From positions 1,110,001 through 1,142,000 of the forward strand of contig NZ_CP042905.2 of assembly GCF_008000775.2 (NCBI RefSeq): a stretch of DNA of 32,000 nt. Reading direction: 5' to 3'. The stretch is from Promethearchaeum syntrophicum (GTDB lineage Archaea; Asgardarchaeota; Lokiarchaeia; Sigyniarchaeales; Promethearchaeaceae). A program made the position numbers and the translations under genes. Position 1 is the stretch's first letter. Each line of letters opens with the position of its first letter. Positions 1 through 8,159 of the stretch are shown in pieces. The notes under the pieces were generated by a model. It was not told where the DNA came from and did no database searches. It saw only the letters and a list, made by a program, of their open reading frames with translations.

Positions 1-146
1 TATAATATGCATAAAAAAGTTTTACCAATTACATGTGTTGGATTTGTAATAATTGAAGGATTTATGAAAAGTAATATAATTAAGTATCGTAAATCAACCA
101 GGAGGAATTTAAAACGAGCTTAATTAGTTATACAGCAAGAAGAATT

Positions 147-1130
147 TTGGCAATGATTCCCATATTAATTGGAGTGTTACTGATCACTTTTATTTTATCA
201 TTAGAATTACCTGGGAGTCCTTTTAATCCAGAAGGAACAAAGATAAATCCTGAATCAACTAAAGTTGCTGAAGAATTGCTTGGTTTAGATAAACCCATAT
301 ACACTCAACTTTGGTTATATATAAAGAGAATATTGCAAGGAGAATGGGGAAATTCAATATCTTTGGCAGATGGAATTCCAGTATGGACTTATATCTGGCA
401 AAAAGCCCCTTTAACAATCGAACTCGCAGTACTATCACAAATTTTTGCAATAAGTATTGGAATTAGGGCGGGAGTGTTCTCTTCAGTCAATAAAAACAAC
501 CCAAAAGATACTATTGTACGTTTTATTGCTCTTCTCGGGGTATCAATTCCAATATTCTGGTTGGGGATGGTATTGAAATATCTTTTTGCATTAGAACTTA
601 ATCTTTTTCCAACTATCCACGGAATTTCCCCATATTATAACATAGCGCTCAATAAAGTAACTGGGTTCAACACGATAGATTCGATACTAATGGGGAGATT
701 TGATATATTATTGGATATAATCTGGCATATGATTTTACCGGTATTTTGTTTAGCTTTTGTCGGTTTAGCTTCAATTACTCGTCAAACTCGATCAAGTATG
801 CTTGAAGTTTTAGAATTAGATTATATTCGATCAGCAAGAGCAAAGGGATGTAAAGAAAAGGATGTAATTAATAAACACGCTTTGAAAAATGCCATGATTC
901 CCACAATTACAATAATTGGGATTAGAATAGGGGGATTATTAGGTGGTGCAGTGCTTACAGAAACCACATTTGCCCTTGATGGTTTTGGGAGTCTAATGAT
1001 TGGTGCCATACAAAATCGGGATTATTTTGTAATTAATGCTCTCGTACTATTAACCACTGGAATCTTCATGACCGCTAATTTAGTTAGTGATATTCTCTAT
1101 GGGATAATGGATCCACGAATTAGATACTAA
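147..1130 (+). CDS. ABC transporter permease, Opp/Dpp/Nik family (DppB/OppB-like)
   Basis: 327-aa multi-TM ORF. It carries the binding-protein-dependent transport EAA loop (LDYIRSARAKGCKEKDVINKHALKNAMIPTITIIG) and the family-typical C-terminus DILYGIMDPRIRY. The ORF-track start is TTG. The frame stays open upstream to 93, and the residues there (ISYTARRIL) resemble the usual N-terminus, so the true start is uncertain. Confidence 0.9.
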   Translation: MAMIPILIGVLLITFILSLELPGSPFNPEGTKINPESTKVAEELLGLDKPIYTQLWLYIKRILQGEWGNSISLADGIPVWTYIWQKAPLTIELAVLSQIFAISIGIRAGVFSSVNKNNPKDTIVRFIALLGVSIPIFWLGMVLKYLFALELNLFPTIHGISPYYNIALNKVTGFNTIDSILMGRFDILLDIIWHMILPVFCLAFVGLASITRQTRSSMLEVLELDYIRSARAKGCKEKDVINKHALKNAMIPTITIIGIRIGGLLGGAVLTETTFALDGFGSLMIGAIQNRDYFVINALVLLTTGIFMTANLVSDILYGIMDPRIRY

Positions 1131-1461
1131 GTAGATTTCATAAACTAACCATTATTTATTTTTGGATAAAAAATCCGGATTTTAGTGGATTTTGATAAAT
1201 TTCCTTCAATATTACCAAAGTTCGAAATTTTAACTATCATTTAATCATATAGTAATTTCCATTTTAACCAAATTACTTAAATAGTGGTTATTATACATTT
1301 TAGATAACTTCGGAAGATTAAGTTAAGATTTTTTTTATAATTTGATAGTGTCTTTCTTGACAGAATTATTTAATAATTAAGAAGGAAAAAATCGTTAAAA
1401 CATTAAATATTGATGGATCTATAACCAGATTTTATAACCTGAATTAGGAGCAAAAAATAAT

Positions 1462-2484
1462 ATGAGTGAAATCACATACGCAGAAATAGAGAAGGCTGAA
1501 TCTATTGATTTAGAAAAAGAATTAACGTTTAAAAATCAATTTAGTGAGTTAATTTCTCCACATTATTTAAAATATCAGTTTAAAAGAAATGAAATTGATG
1601 AAACGTTGAAGTTACGAAAGTTTGTTTTGAACAAATATAAGAGTAAACGAAGTTTATTACGAAGAATTAAATCTCCTTTAACTTATGTGGGAATAATAAT
1701 ACTAGTAGCAATTGTTACTTTTGCAGTTTTTGCCGCTTGGCTCTCGCCATATACAGTACAAGAACTTCAGGGCATTGATATGAGTCGATCAGAATATCAA
1801 CCCCCAGATGCGCAACACATTTTAGGTACGACAGAATTCGGTCAGGATGTATTTGGAAGATTAATGTGGGGAGGTAGGGTATCTTTAACTCTTGGATTAG
1901 GAGCAATTGGAATCAGCGTAGTAGCTGGAGTTATTATTGGAGTTTTTTCGGCTTATACCGGAGGAATTATTGATTCCATAATAATGCGCATCGCGGATAT
2001 CATCATGGCATTTCCAACCCTAATTTTATTAATTTTGCTAATAGCATCATTGGGCCAACAAGATATTAGCATGATCATGTGGATCTTAGGGATTTTAAGC
2101 ATTCCCTTTTATTCTAGATTAGTTCGCAGTTCGGTTTTACAGGAAAAGGATAAAATATATGTTGAAGCTGCATTAGTGTCGGGTGCTAAACCAGGTCGAG
2201 TTATGTTTCGTCATATTCTTCCCAATACTATGACACCAATAATTATATCGCTGACATTTAATTTAGGAACTATTATTCTGAGTTTTGCTGCTCTATCTTT
2301 TCTTGGCTTTGGGCCCTCTGGAGTAATTGAATGGGGAAATGATATCAATACAAACAGAATAAAATTAATGGATGCACCATGGGCGGCAATCTGGCCAGGA
2401 TTTATGGTTATGTTAGCCGTATTAGGATTCATGTTATTAGGGGATGGTATAGTAGATGCCCTTGATCCCCGATCAAAGGCATAA
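1462..2484 (+). CDS. ABC transporter permease, Opp/Dpp family (DppC/OppC-like) with a roughly 70-aa N-terminal extension
   Basis: 340 aa. An ATG start is preceded by AGGAG. Motifs: HILGTTEFGQDVFGRLMWGGRVSL, the EAA loop YVEAALVSGAKPGRVMFRHILPNTMTPIII, and the C-terminal DALDPRSK. Confidence 0.9.
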   Translation: MSEITYAEIEKAESIDLEKELTFKNQFSELISPHYLKYQFKRNEIDETLKLRKFVLNKYKSKRSLLRRIKSPLTYVGIIILVAIVTFAVFAAWLSPYTVQELQGIDMSRSEYQPPDAQHILGTTEFGQDVFGRLMWGGRVSLTLGLGAIGISVVAGVIIGVFSAYTGGIIDSIIMRIADIIMAFPTLILLILLIASLGQQDISMIMWILGILSIPFYSRLVRSSVLQEKDKIYVEAALVSGAKPGRVMFRHILPNTMTPIIISLTFNLGTIILSFAALSFLGFGPSGVIEWGNDINTNRIKLMDAPWAAIWPGFMVMLAVLGFMLLGDGIVDALDPRSKA

Positions 2485-3163
2485 TTTACGCCTTTGGGAG
2501 TCAAAAATAAAATTCAAGATAAAATTAGTTCAAAATACACGATTTTACTCCTAATGAGCAGATAACTGACTAAGAATAAGTAGGGCTTTCTTTCATTTTC
2601 ATTTTTTGAATAAAAATTGATAGCTGACAAATGATTTAAAGAAAGATTTTTTTTCGTAGGGACCTTCACTTTGTGGGAAGTATGAGTGTATTTTTAAAAG
2701 GCATATTATCTGGATAACCTGATTTCATTGGTGTAGAAATATGTAGATTTTTGGTTTTAAAGTGGTGCTATATTTTGGAAAACCGACAGTTTTTTAGTGA
2801 AAGTGATTTAAGGCTAAGTATCCCATTTTTTAACTAAGTTATAATAGTATTTATTAAGGTTTTCTTAGTATTGTTAGTTATCATGAAAATATAATGAAAA
2901 AATAATTAAAATGGCTTCATTCTTGACAATTTAACAAAATATCCAAAAATCCAACTGTCATATTTTCATAAATTTCCAACCTCTTTTTTTTCGATTTTTT
3001 TTTCTAAACAACGTTGATGAAATAGAAAACTTTTAGAATATTGTTGGATTTTGTTAATCGCGTTTAAAATGTTTTTTTTCCTTTAATTCATCATTTTAAG
3101 CGAATGACTGAAAAGAATTAGCTGGATTTGTAGAAATTTGGTTAACTTGGGTGCCAAAAAATA

Positions 3164-4612
3164 ATGGTAGATATTGATAAGAACGACGAATTAAACGAAA
3201 TAGTCGAGAATGATAAAGAGACTTCTAAAGATGAAATTAAATCTGAGGAAGTAAGTGAAACTGAAAAAACTCCTTCAAAGAAGAAGACAACGAAGAAGAA
3301 ATCTTCAAAGAAGACAACAAAAAAGACCGCTAAGAAGACTACTAAGAAGACTTCTAAGAAGAAATCTTCAAAGAAGACAACAAAAAAGACCACTAAGAAG
3401 AAGTCTGCGAAAAAGGAGCAAGAAACCCCTGAAAGTCTTGAAAAGAAAGAAATTTTAGAAGAGACTAAAATTGAGATCAATAAGGATGAAATTGAAAAAG
3501 AACAAGAGAAAATAGATTCTGAGGTAGAGAAATTATTAGAAAATGGTTCTGAATCCGAAGAGATTTCAGCTGATGAGTTATCTAAAGAAGTTAAAGAAAA
3601 GAAAAAAGAAGAAAAGAAGGAAACTGGAAAAAAATCATCAGAAGAGTCCCCTAAAGATAATGAAAAAAAACAAGATAAAAAGAAGAAGACAAGAAAATCT
3701 AAAACATTCAAGATAGATGTTAATAAATCTCCAAAATTGAAGAGAATTGTTCAAGATATTGAAAGAATTGAAGATGTAATTGATTTAAAAAGACTTCGGG
3801 ATGAATACAATCACGGCACTCGAGATTTAATTAATAAAATCAAGAAAACCCAAACCGAAATTTCCAATATACGATCTCAAGCAATGGAATACAGAAATAA
3901 AAGAGATAGTTTGAACAAAGATGTTCAAGGAATTAAAAAGAATAAACTTACTACTTCAAATAAGTTGAATGACTCACGAACTCAATTAAAAGAAGCTAAA
4001 GTCCAATCCCGAAAAAGTGATGATGGAAATAAACGAAAAGGAATTTCCACTCAAATTAGTAAAAATCGACGGAGAATTGATCAATTAGAAAAAAGAATTG
4101 AAACTGAAGACTTGGAATTGAAGGAAGAAAACCAAATTGTTGATGAAATTGACAAGTTAGAAAGAAATCTTCAAGAACTATTAGCTCAAAATAAAAAACC
4201 GGATCAATTCAATAAACAAATAACGGAAATACGAGCTTCGAGAGAGGAACTTAGAAATTTAAATAACACATTACGCGAGAAAGCCGAAGAGAGCCAAAAT
4301 TATCATTTACTTTACCTGGATATCAGTAAAGAAATGGAAGATTTAAGAACAGAAAAAAGATCTTTGCAACGTGAATTAAATGAAAATCGCTTCATTGCGG
4401 ATATTTACCATCAAAGATTAATTGAAATGAGCCAAAAGATGAATCGGCAAAAAAGAATAACTCGTAAATCCCAATATCAAAATAAAAAGAAAGTTAAGAA
4501 AGAAATCCAGAAAATGACTTTGGAAGACGCTAAGGTTAAAATGAAGAAAGGTGTAAAACTGAATATCTTCGAAGCCCGGGCATTTTTAGAAGAACAAGCT
4601 AATAAGAAATAA
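3164..4612 (+). CDS. Lysine-rich low-complexity tail fused to a long coiled-coil protein, function unknown (possibly the archaeal COG1340-type coiled-coil family, unverified)
   Basis: 482-aa ORF. Residues about 35-85 are a basic K/T/S tail (KKTTKKTAKKTTKKTSKKKSSKKTTKK). An E/K-rich segment follows, then about 300 aa of charged heptad-like helix (LEKRIETEDLELKEENQIVDEIDKLERNLQELL). An oligo-T run follows the stop codon. The family assignment is from memory only. Confidence 0.8.
   Translation: MVDIDKNDELNEIVENDKETSKDEIKSEEVSETEKTPSKKKTTKKKSSKKTTKKTAKKTTKKTSKKKSSKKTTKKTTKKKSAKKEQETPESLEKKEILEETKIEINKDEIEKEQEKIDSEVEKLLENGSESEEISADELSKEVKEKKKEEKKETGKKSSEESPKDNEKKQDKKKKTRKSKTFKIDVNKSPKLKRIVQDIERIEDVIDLKRLRDEYNHGTRDLINKIKKTQTEISNIRSQAMEYRNKRDSLNKDVQGIKKNKLTTSNKLNDSRTQLKEAKVQSRKSDDGNKRKGISTQISKNRRRIDQLEKRIETEDLELKEENQIVDEIDKLERNLQELLAQNKKPDQFNKQITEIRASREELRNLNNTLREKAEESQNYHLLYLDISKEMEDLRTEKRSLQRELNENRFIADIYHQRLIEMSQKMNRQKRITRKSQYQNKKKVKKEIQKMTLEDAKVKMKKGVKLNIFEARAFLEEQANKK
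3293..3401 (+). repeat. 63-bp tandem duplication inside the CDS, encoding KKKSSKKTTKKT(A/T)KK
   Basis: aagaagaaatcttcaaagaagacaacaaaaaagacc occurs at 3293 and again at 3356 (a 63-nt, 21-codon offset). There is a single g/a difference in the next 10 nt before the copies diverge. Confidence 0.85.
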
Positions 4613-4614
4613 CA

Positions 4615-4623
4615 TTTTTTTTT
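4615..4623 (+). terminator. Oligo-T tract (T9) three nt after the stop codon; archaeal-type termination signal
   Basis: The stop TAA is at 4610-4612 and T9 at 4615-4623. Archaeal RNA polymerase terminates at oligo-T tracts (established knowledge). Confidence 0.5.
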
Positions 4624-4675
4624 ATTCCTATCTCTTTTTTCCACATACTTATGTAAGATGAGAACTATAAGATTG

Positions 4676-4720
4676 ATCAAACGGATTTCTATAATTTATC
4701 AACTTTGAAATTCGTTTGAT
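4676..4720. repeat. 14-bp inverted repeat (1 mismatch) with a 17-nt spacer, in an intergenic region
   Basis: ATCAAACGGATTTC (4676-4689) faces GAAATTCGTTTGAT (4707-4720). The reverse complement of the right arm differs from the left arm at one position. Confidence 0.8.
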
Positions 4721-4812
4721 TAATTTTTGTGTTAATTTCATAGTAAATTTTGTTATTCATAGATTAAAAGTTGCAAATTTGTAAAATAAAGAAATAAAAG
4801 ATACTTAGCATA

Positions 4813-5385
4813 TTGAATTATATGTCTGATATTCAGCCTCCCCAAGCTTTTCTTCAAGGAAATGACATTGATTTAAAACCGATGACAAAAGAAATATTTA
4901 AGAAGCTTCATCCTTGGATGAATGATCATCGTTCTCGTCGTCTTGCCCGTCATGTTCTTCCTGTCTTGGAAGAAACAACGGCCTCTTGGATTCAAGAAGG
5001 AAAACTTACACCATCTGGTGTTGTTATGGGAATCTGGACTAAATCACAACATGATTCAGCTTCGAAAAATATTGGTTTTGTATCCATATTCAATATTGAT
5101 TGGATCAATCGTCATGGAGAATTGGGAATTAATATCCCGAATCCTTTATATTGGGGACAGGGGTATGGTCAAGAAGCTGTGAAACTTATGTGTCAATTTT
5201 CTTTTACAGAACTTAATTTAGAAAAAGTCACCGCCTATACTTTAGAGATCAATATTGGTTCTCAGAAATGTATGGAAAGAAATAAATTTCAAAAAGATGG
5301 AACATTAAGGAATCACCAGTTTGTTGATGGTAAATATGAGAATATGACGGTATTTTCTATATTACGAGATCAGTACACGGCCTAA
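4813..5385 (+). CDS. GNAT family N-acetyltransferase (RimJ/RimL-like)
   Basis: 190 aa. Motifs: the acetyl-CoA loop WGQGYGQEAVKLMCQFSF, LNLEKVTAYTLEINIGSQKCMERNKFQKDGTLR, and the tail DGKYENMTVFSILRDQY. The ORF-track start is TTG 4813; ATG 4822 is an alternative. Confidence 0.85.
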   Translation: MNYMSDIQPPQAFLQGNDIDLKPMTKEIFKKLHPWMNDHRSRRLARHVLPVLEETTASWIQEGKLTPSGVVMGIWTKSQHDSASKNIGFVSIFNIDWINRHGELGINIPNPLYWGQGYGQEAVKLMCQFSFTELNLEKVTAYTLEINIGSQKCMERNKFQKDGTLRNHQFVDGKYENMTVFSILRDQYTA

Positions 5386-6356
5386 TGCCTACCTCGCTGG
5401 AAGAATTAAGATGGCTCAAAAAAAAATTTAGGGAATTTAATATGAAAAAACGGACTTCTTATCTTCTTTCCATTATTACTATGATTTTCTGGGGAACTGC
5501 ATTTCCGTTTTCTAAATATATCATTGATAAATCAATAAATCCTGTTGTTTTTCTCGCATTAAGAATGTCCTTTGCTCTATTATTTTGTATTGGATATATA
5601 CTATTTACTAAACAAGCCAGAAAATGGTTCTTGATGTTCAAACGCAATTTCTGGCATCTACTAATAATAGGAATAATGTTATATGCATCTTCCTATATTA
5701 TTCAATATTTTGGGGTGAGTTATACCACTGCAATTAATCAAACCATTATCAGTAACACCACAACTTTTTTTGTTGTTGTGCTCAATTTCGTCCTTTATCG
5801 GCACAAACCTACAAAAATCTTTGTATTCAGCATGATAATCGGATTCTTAGGAGTTCTTCTTATCATGTTAAACGATAACTTACAGATTTCTTCAGAAACA
5901 ATAGTTGGAGATTTATTAACACTTCTTGCATTTTTCTTCTGGTCCTTGTATATCGTTTTCAATCGTAAAATTAGCATTAAAGAAAGCCCTCAATTTGTTA
6001 CTTTATCAGTTTTTATTTGGGTATGCTTCTTATTAGTGCCTCTATCATTTGGATTTGGGATGGTTGAGGAAATAAAGCTTCTGAACTTTTTAGACTGGAG
6101 TGTTATCGCATATTTGGGATTAATCTGTAGCGGAGCAGCTACTTTATTTTATACAATCGCTCTCTCTAATGAAGATATTCCATCTGAAAATCTAGCTCTA
6201 ATTGGTTTTTTAATTCCAGTAGTCGGTATTTTCACGAGTATTCTTCTTTTAGAAGGAGAAAACCTCAATTGGCGTATCGTCGTAGGCTGTATTCTCGTAT
6301 TAATTTCGGTTTTTATAATTGAATCTAAAAATAGTAGAAATTCTGATAAAAATTAG
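5385..6356 (+). CDS. EamA/DMT (drug/metabolite transporter) family membrane protein
   Basis: 323 aa with about 10 hydrophobic helices in two similar halves. An EamA-like segment, WGTAFPFSKY, sits in the first helix. The ATG overlaps the GNAT stop (TAATG). Confidence 0.8.
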   Translation: MPTSLEELRWLKKKFREFNMKKRTSYLLSIITMIFWGTAFPFSKYIIDKSINPVVFLALRMSFALLFCIGYILFTKQARKWFLMFKRNFWHLLIIGIMLYASSYIIQYFGVSYTTAINQTIISNTTTFFVVVLNFVLYRHKPTKIFVFSMIIGFLGVLLIMLNDNLQISSETIVGDLLTLLAFFFWSLYIVFNRKISIKESPQFVTLSVFIWVCFLLVPLSFGFGMVEEIKLLNFLDWSVIAYLGLICSGAATLFYTIALSNEDIPSENLALIGFLIPVVGIFTSILLLEGENLNWRIVVGCILVLISVFIIESKNSRNSDKN

Positions 6357-6382
6357 AGAATTCCATAAATGAGGGAATTCTC
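6356..6382 (+). terminator. Perfect 9-bp stem with 9-nt loop, overlapping and following the EamA stop codon
   Basis: GAGAATTCC (6356-6364), loop ataaatgag, GGAATTCTC (6374-6382). Its role as a terminator is inferred from position only. Confidence 0.4.
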
Positions 6383-6500
6383 AAATAACACAATACTGAT
6401 TTGAATTCATAATTTTTTAACAATTTTTCAAAAAGCTATTAAGAAACTTAAATTCGCATTGTTTAATTAAGAGAAAAACTTAGATTTTTCTTGATGTCTA

Positions 6501-7811
6501 ATGAATTTAATGAATGAAATAAGTATCTCTGATCCCAAAGTAGCTGACGCAATAAATCGTGAAATAAAGCGTCAAGAGGAAGGGATAGAATTGATACCAT
6601 CTGAAAATTATACTTCTCGTGCTGTTCTTCAAGCTGTTGGTAGTGTATTTACAAATAAATATTCCGAAGGATATCCAGCAAAAAGATATTATGGAGGAAA
6701 TGAGATTGTGGATGAAATCGAATCTCTTGCTATAGAAAGAGCAAAAGAACTTTTTGGATGTGAACACGTGAATGTTCAACCATATTCTGGTTCACCTGCC
6801 AATCAAGCAGTGTATTTTGCCCTACTAAATCTGAAGGATAAATTTCTTGGATTTAATTTGACAAGTGGTGGACATTTAACTCATGGAAGTCATGTCAATT
6901 TCTCAGGAAAAAACTATACTTGTGTTAGTTATGATGTCGATCCGAAAACGGAAATGCTCGATATGGATGCCGTCAGAAAACTTGCAATTAAAGAACAGCC
7001 AAAAATGATTCTCAGTGGTTTGACCGCATACCCTCGAAAAATAGATTTTAAAGCCTTCCAAGAAATTGCCGAGGAAGTTAACGCTTACCATATGTCTGAT
7101 ATTGCCCATATCGCAGGCTTGGTTGCGGGTGGCGTTCATCAAAGCCCTATTCCTTATGCTGATGTCGTGACTACTACAACTCATAAAAGTCTACGGGGAC
7201 CACGTGGAGCAATGATTATGTGTAAAACCGAAGATAGACTCCATGATTTATATCACTCTAATTCTAAGAAAAATTTGGCACAATTGATCGATTCTGCAGT
7301 ATTTCCGGGTCTTCAAGGAGGACCTCATGATCATGTAAATGCTGCAAAAGCAGTTTGTTTTGGAGAAGCATTAAAACCCGACTTTAAGGTATATGCACAA
7401 CAGATTGTTAATAACGCAAAAGCTTTAGCAGAAGAGTTAATGGCACTAGGAATAAAATTGGTCTCCAACGGAACCGATAATCATTTGATTCTTATTGATA
7501 TGCGCCCTGAAGGATTGACCGGCGAAGGTAAATTAATACAAAATGCCTTAGATCATGCTGGACTCACCGTAAATAAAAATACAGTTCCATATGAACCCTC
7601 AACTCCTTTTAATCCATCTGGAATTCGATTGGGCACACCTGCAATTACATCACGGGGAATGAAAGAGTCTGAAATGAAAGTTATTGCATCAGGTTTGGCA
7701 AGAGTTATTAAATCAAAGGGTGATCTGACTGTGAGTGCAAAGGTAAAAGAAGAAATTTTAGAATTAACAAAAGAATTTCCCGTTTATCCTGGATTAGCGA
7801 TATTTAAATAA
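6501..7811 (+). CDS. glyA: Serine hydroxymethyltransferase
   Basis: 436 aa. Motifs: SENYTSRAVLQAVGSVFTNKYSEGYPAKRYYGG and the PLP-lysine motif TTTTHKSLRGPRG. Confidence 0.97.
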   Translation: MNLMNEISISDPKVADAINREIKRQEEGIELIPSENYTSRAVLQAVGSVFTNKYSEGYPAKRYYGGNEIVDEIESLAIERAKELFGCEHVNVQPYSGSPANQAVYFALLNLKDKFLGFNLTSGGHLTHGSHVNFSGKNYTCVSYDVDPKTEMLDMDAVRKLAIKEQPKMILSGLTAYPRKIDFKAFQEIAEEVNAYHMSDIAHIAGLVAGGVHQSPIPYADVVTTTTHKSLRGPRGAMIMCKTEDRLHDLYHSNSKKNLAQLIDSAVFPGLQGGPHDHVNAAKAVCFGEALKPDFKVYAQQIVNNAKALAEELMALGIKLVSNGTDNHLILIDMRPEGLTGEGKLIQNALDHAGLTVNKNTVPYEPSTPFNPSGIRLGTPAITSRGMKESEMKVIASGLARVIKSKGDLTVSAKVKEEILELTKEFPVYPGLAIFK

Positions 7812-8122
7812 AAAAATAGATCTGTTCATTTCTACACCTTCCCTTTTGCGTTCATAGATGGTGTCGAAATTTCCAAAATATAACCTCTTTTTTTTCAAGT
7901 TTTATAAATAAAAATGGCGAAAATAAAAATTTTTTATTGCAAGCATAAGGCTACAACAAAAATCGGTTTTCATCTATAAAATAAAAATGAGATCGATTTT
8001 TTATTGCAAAATATTAGTCGATCCCTTTTTAAAGGACATATTCTAAAGGTTGATAGGATTAATGTAAAATTATTCCAATTTTTTATTGATAGCACAATTG
8101 AGGTGCTTCAATTTTGGTGTTC

Positions 8123-8143
8123 AGCACACGAATGTGCTTTTTT
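8123..8143 (+). other. GC-containing hairpin (6-bp stem, CGAA loop) plus a T-run, 17 nt upstream of the hydrolase start codon
   Basis: AGCACA (8123-8128), cgaa, TGTGCT (8133-8138), then T5 (8139-8143). AGGTGAG follows at 8148-8154 and the ATG at 8160. Confidence 0.5.
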
Positions 8144-8159
8144 AATTAGGTGAGATTTT

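Noticed and set aside
2485-3163. A 680-bp ORF-free gap as a possible structured ncRNA or tRNA locus
   Set aside because: I found no GC-rich stems or cloverleaf-like segments and no conserved boxes by eye. It is uniformly AT-rich with T/A runs. A decayed gene remnant cannot be excluded without a similarity search.
3142-3711. 189-aa minus-strand ORF and a 67-aa plus-strand ORF (3255-3458) overlapping the lysine-rich gene
   Set aside because: Their translations are F/S/L-rich or R/L-rich low-complexity strings. These are simply other frames of the AAG/GAA-rich K/E coding sequence, so they are shadow ORFs.
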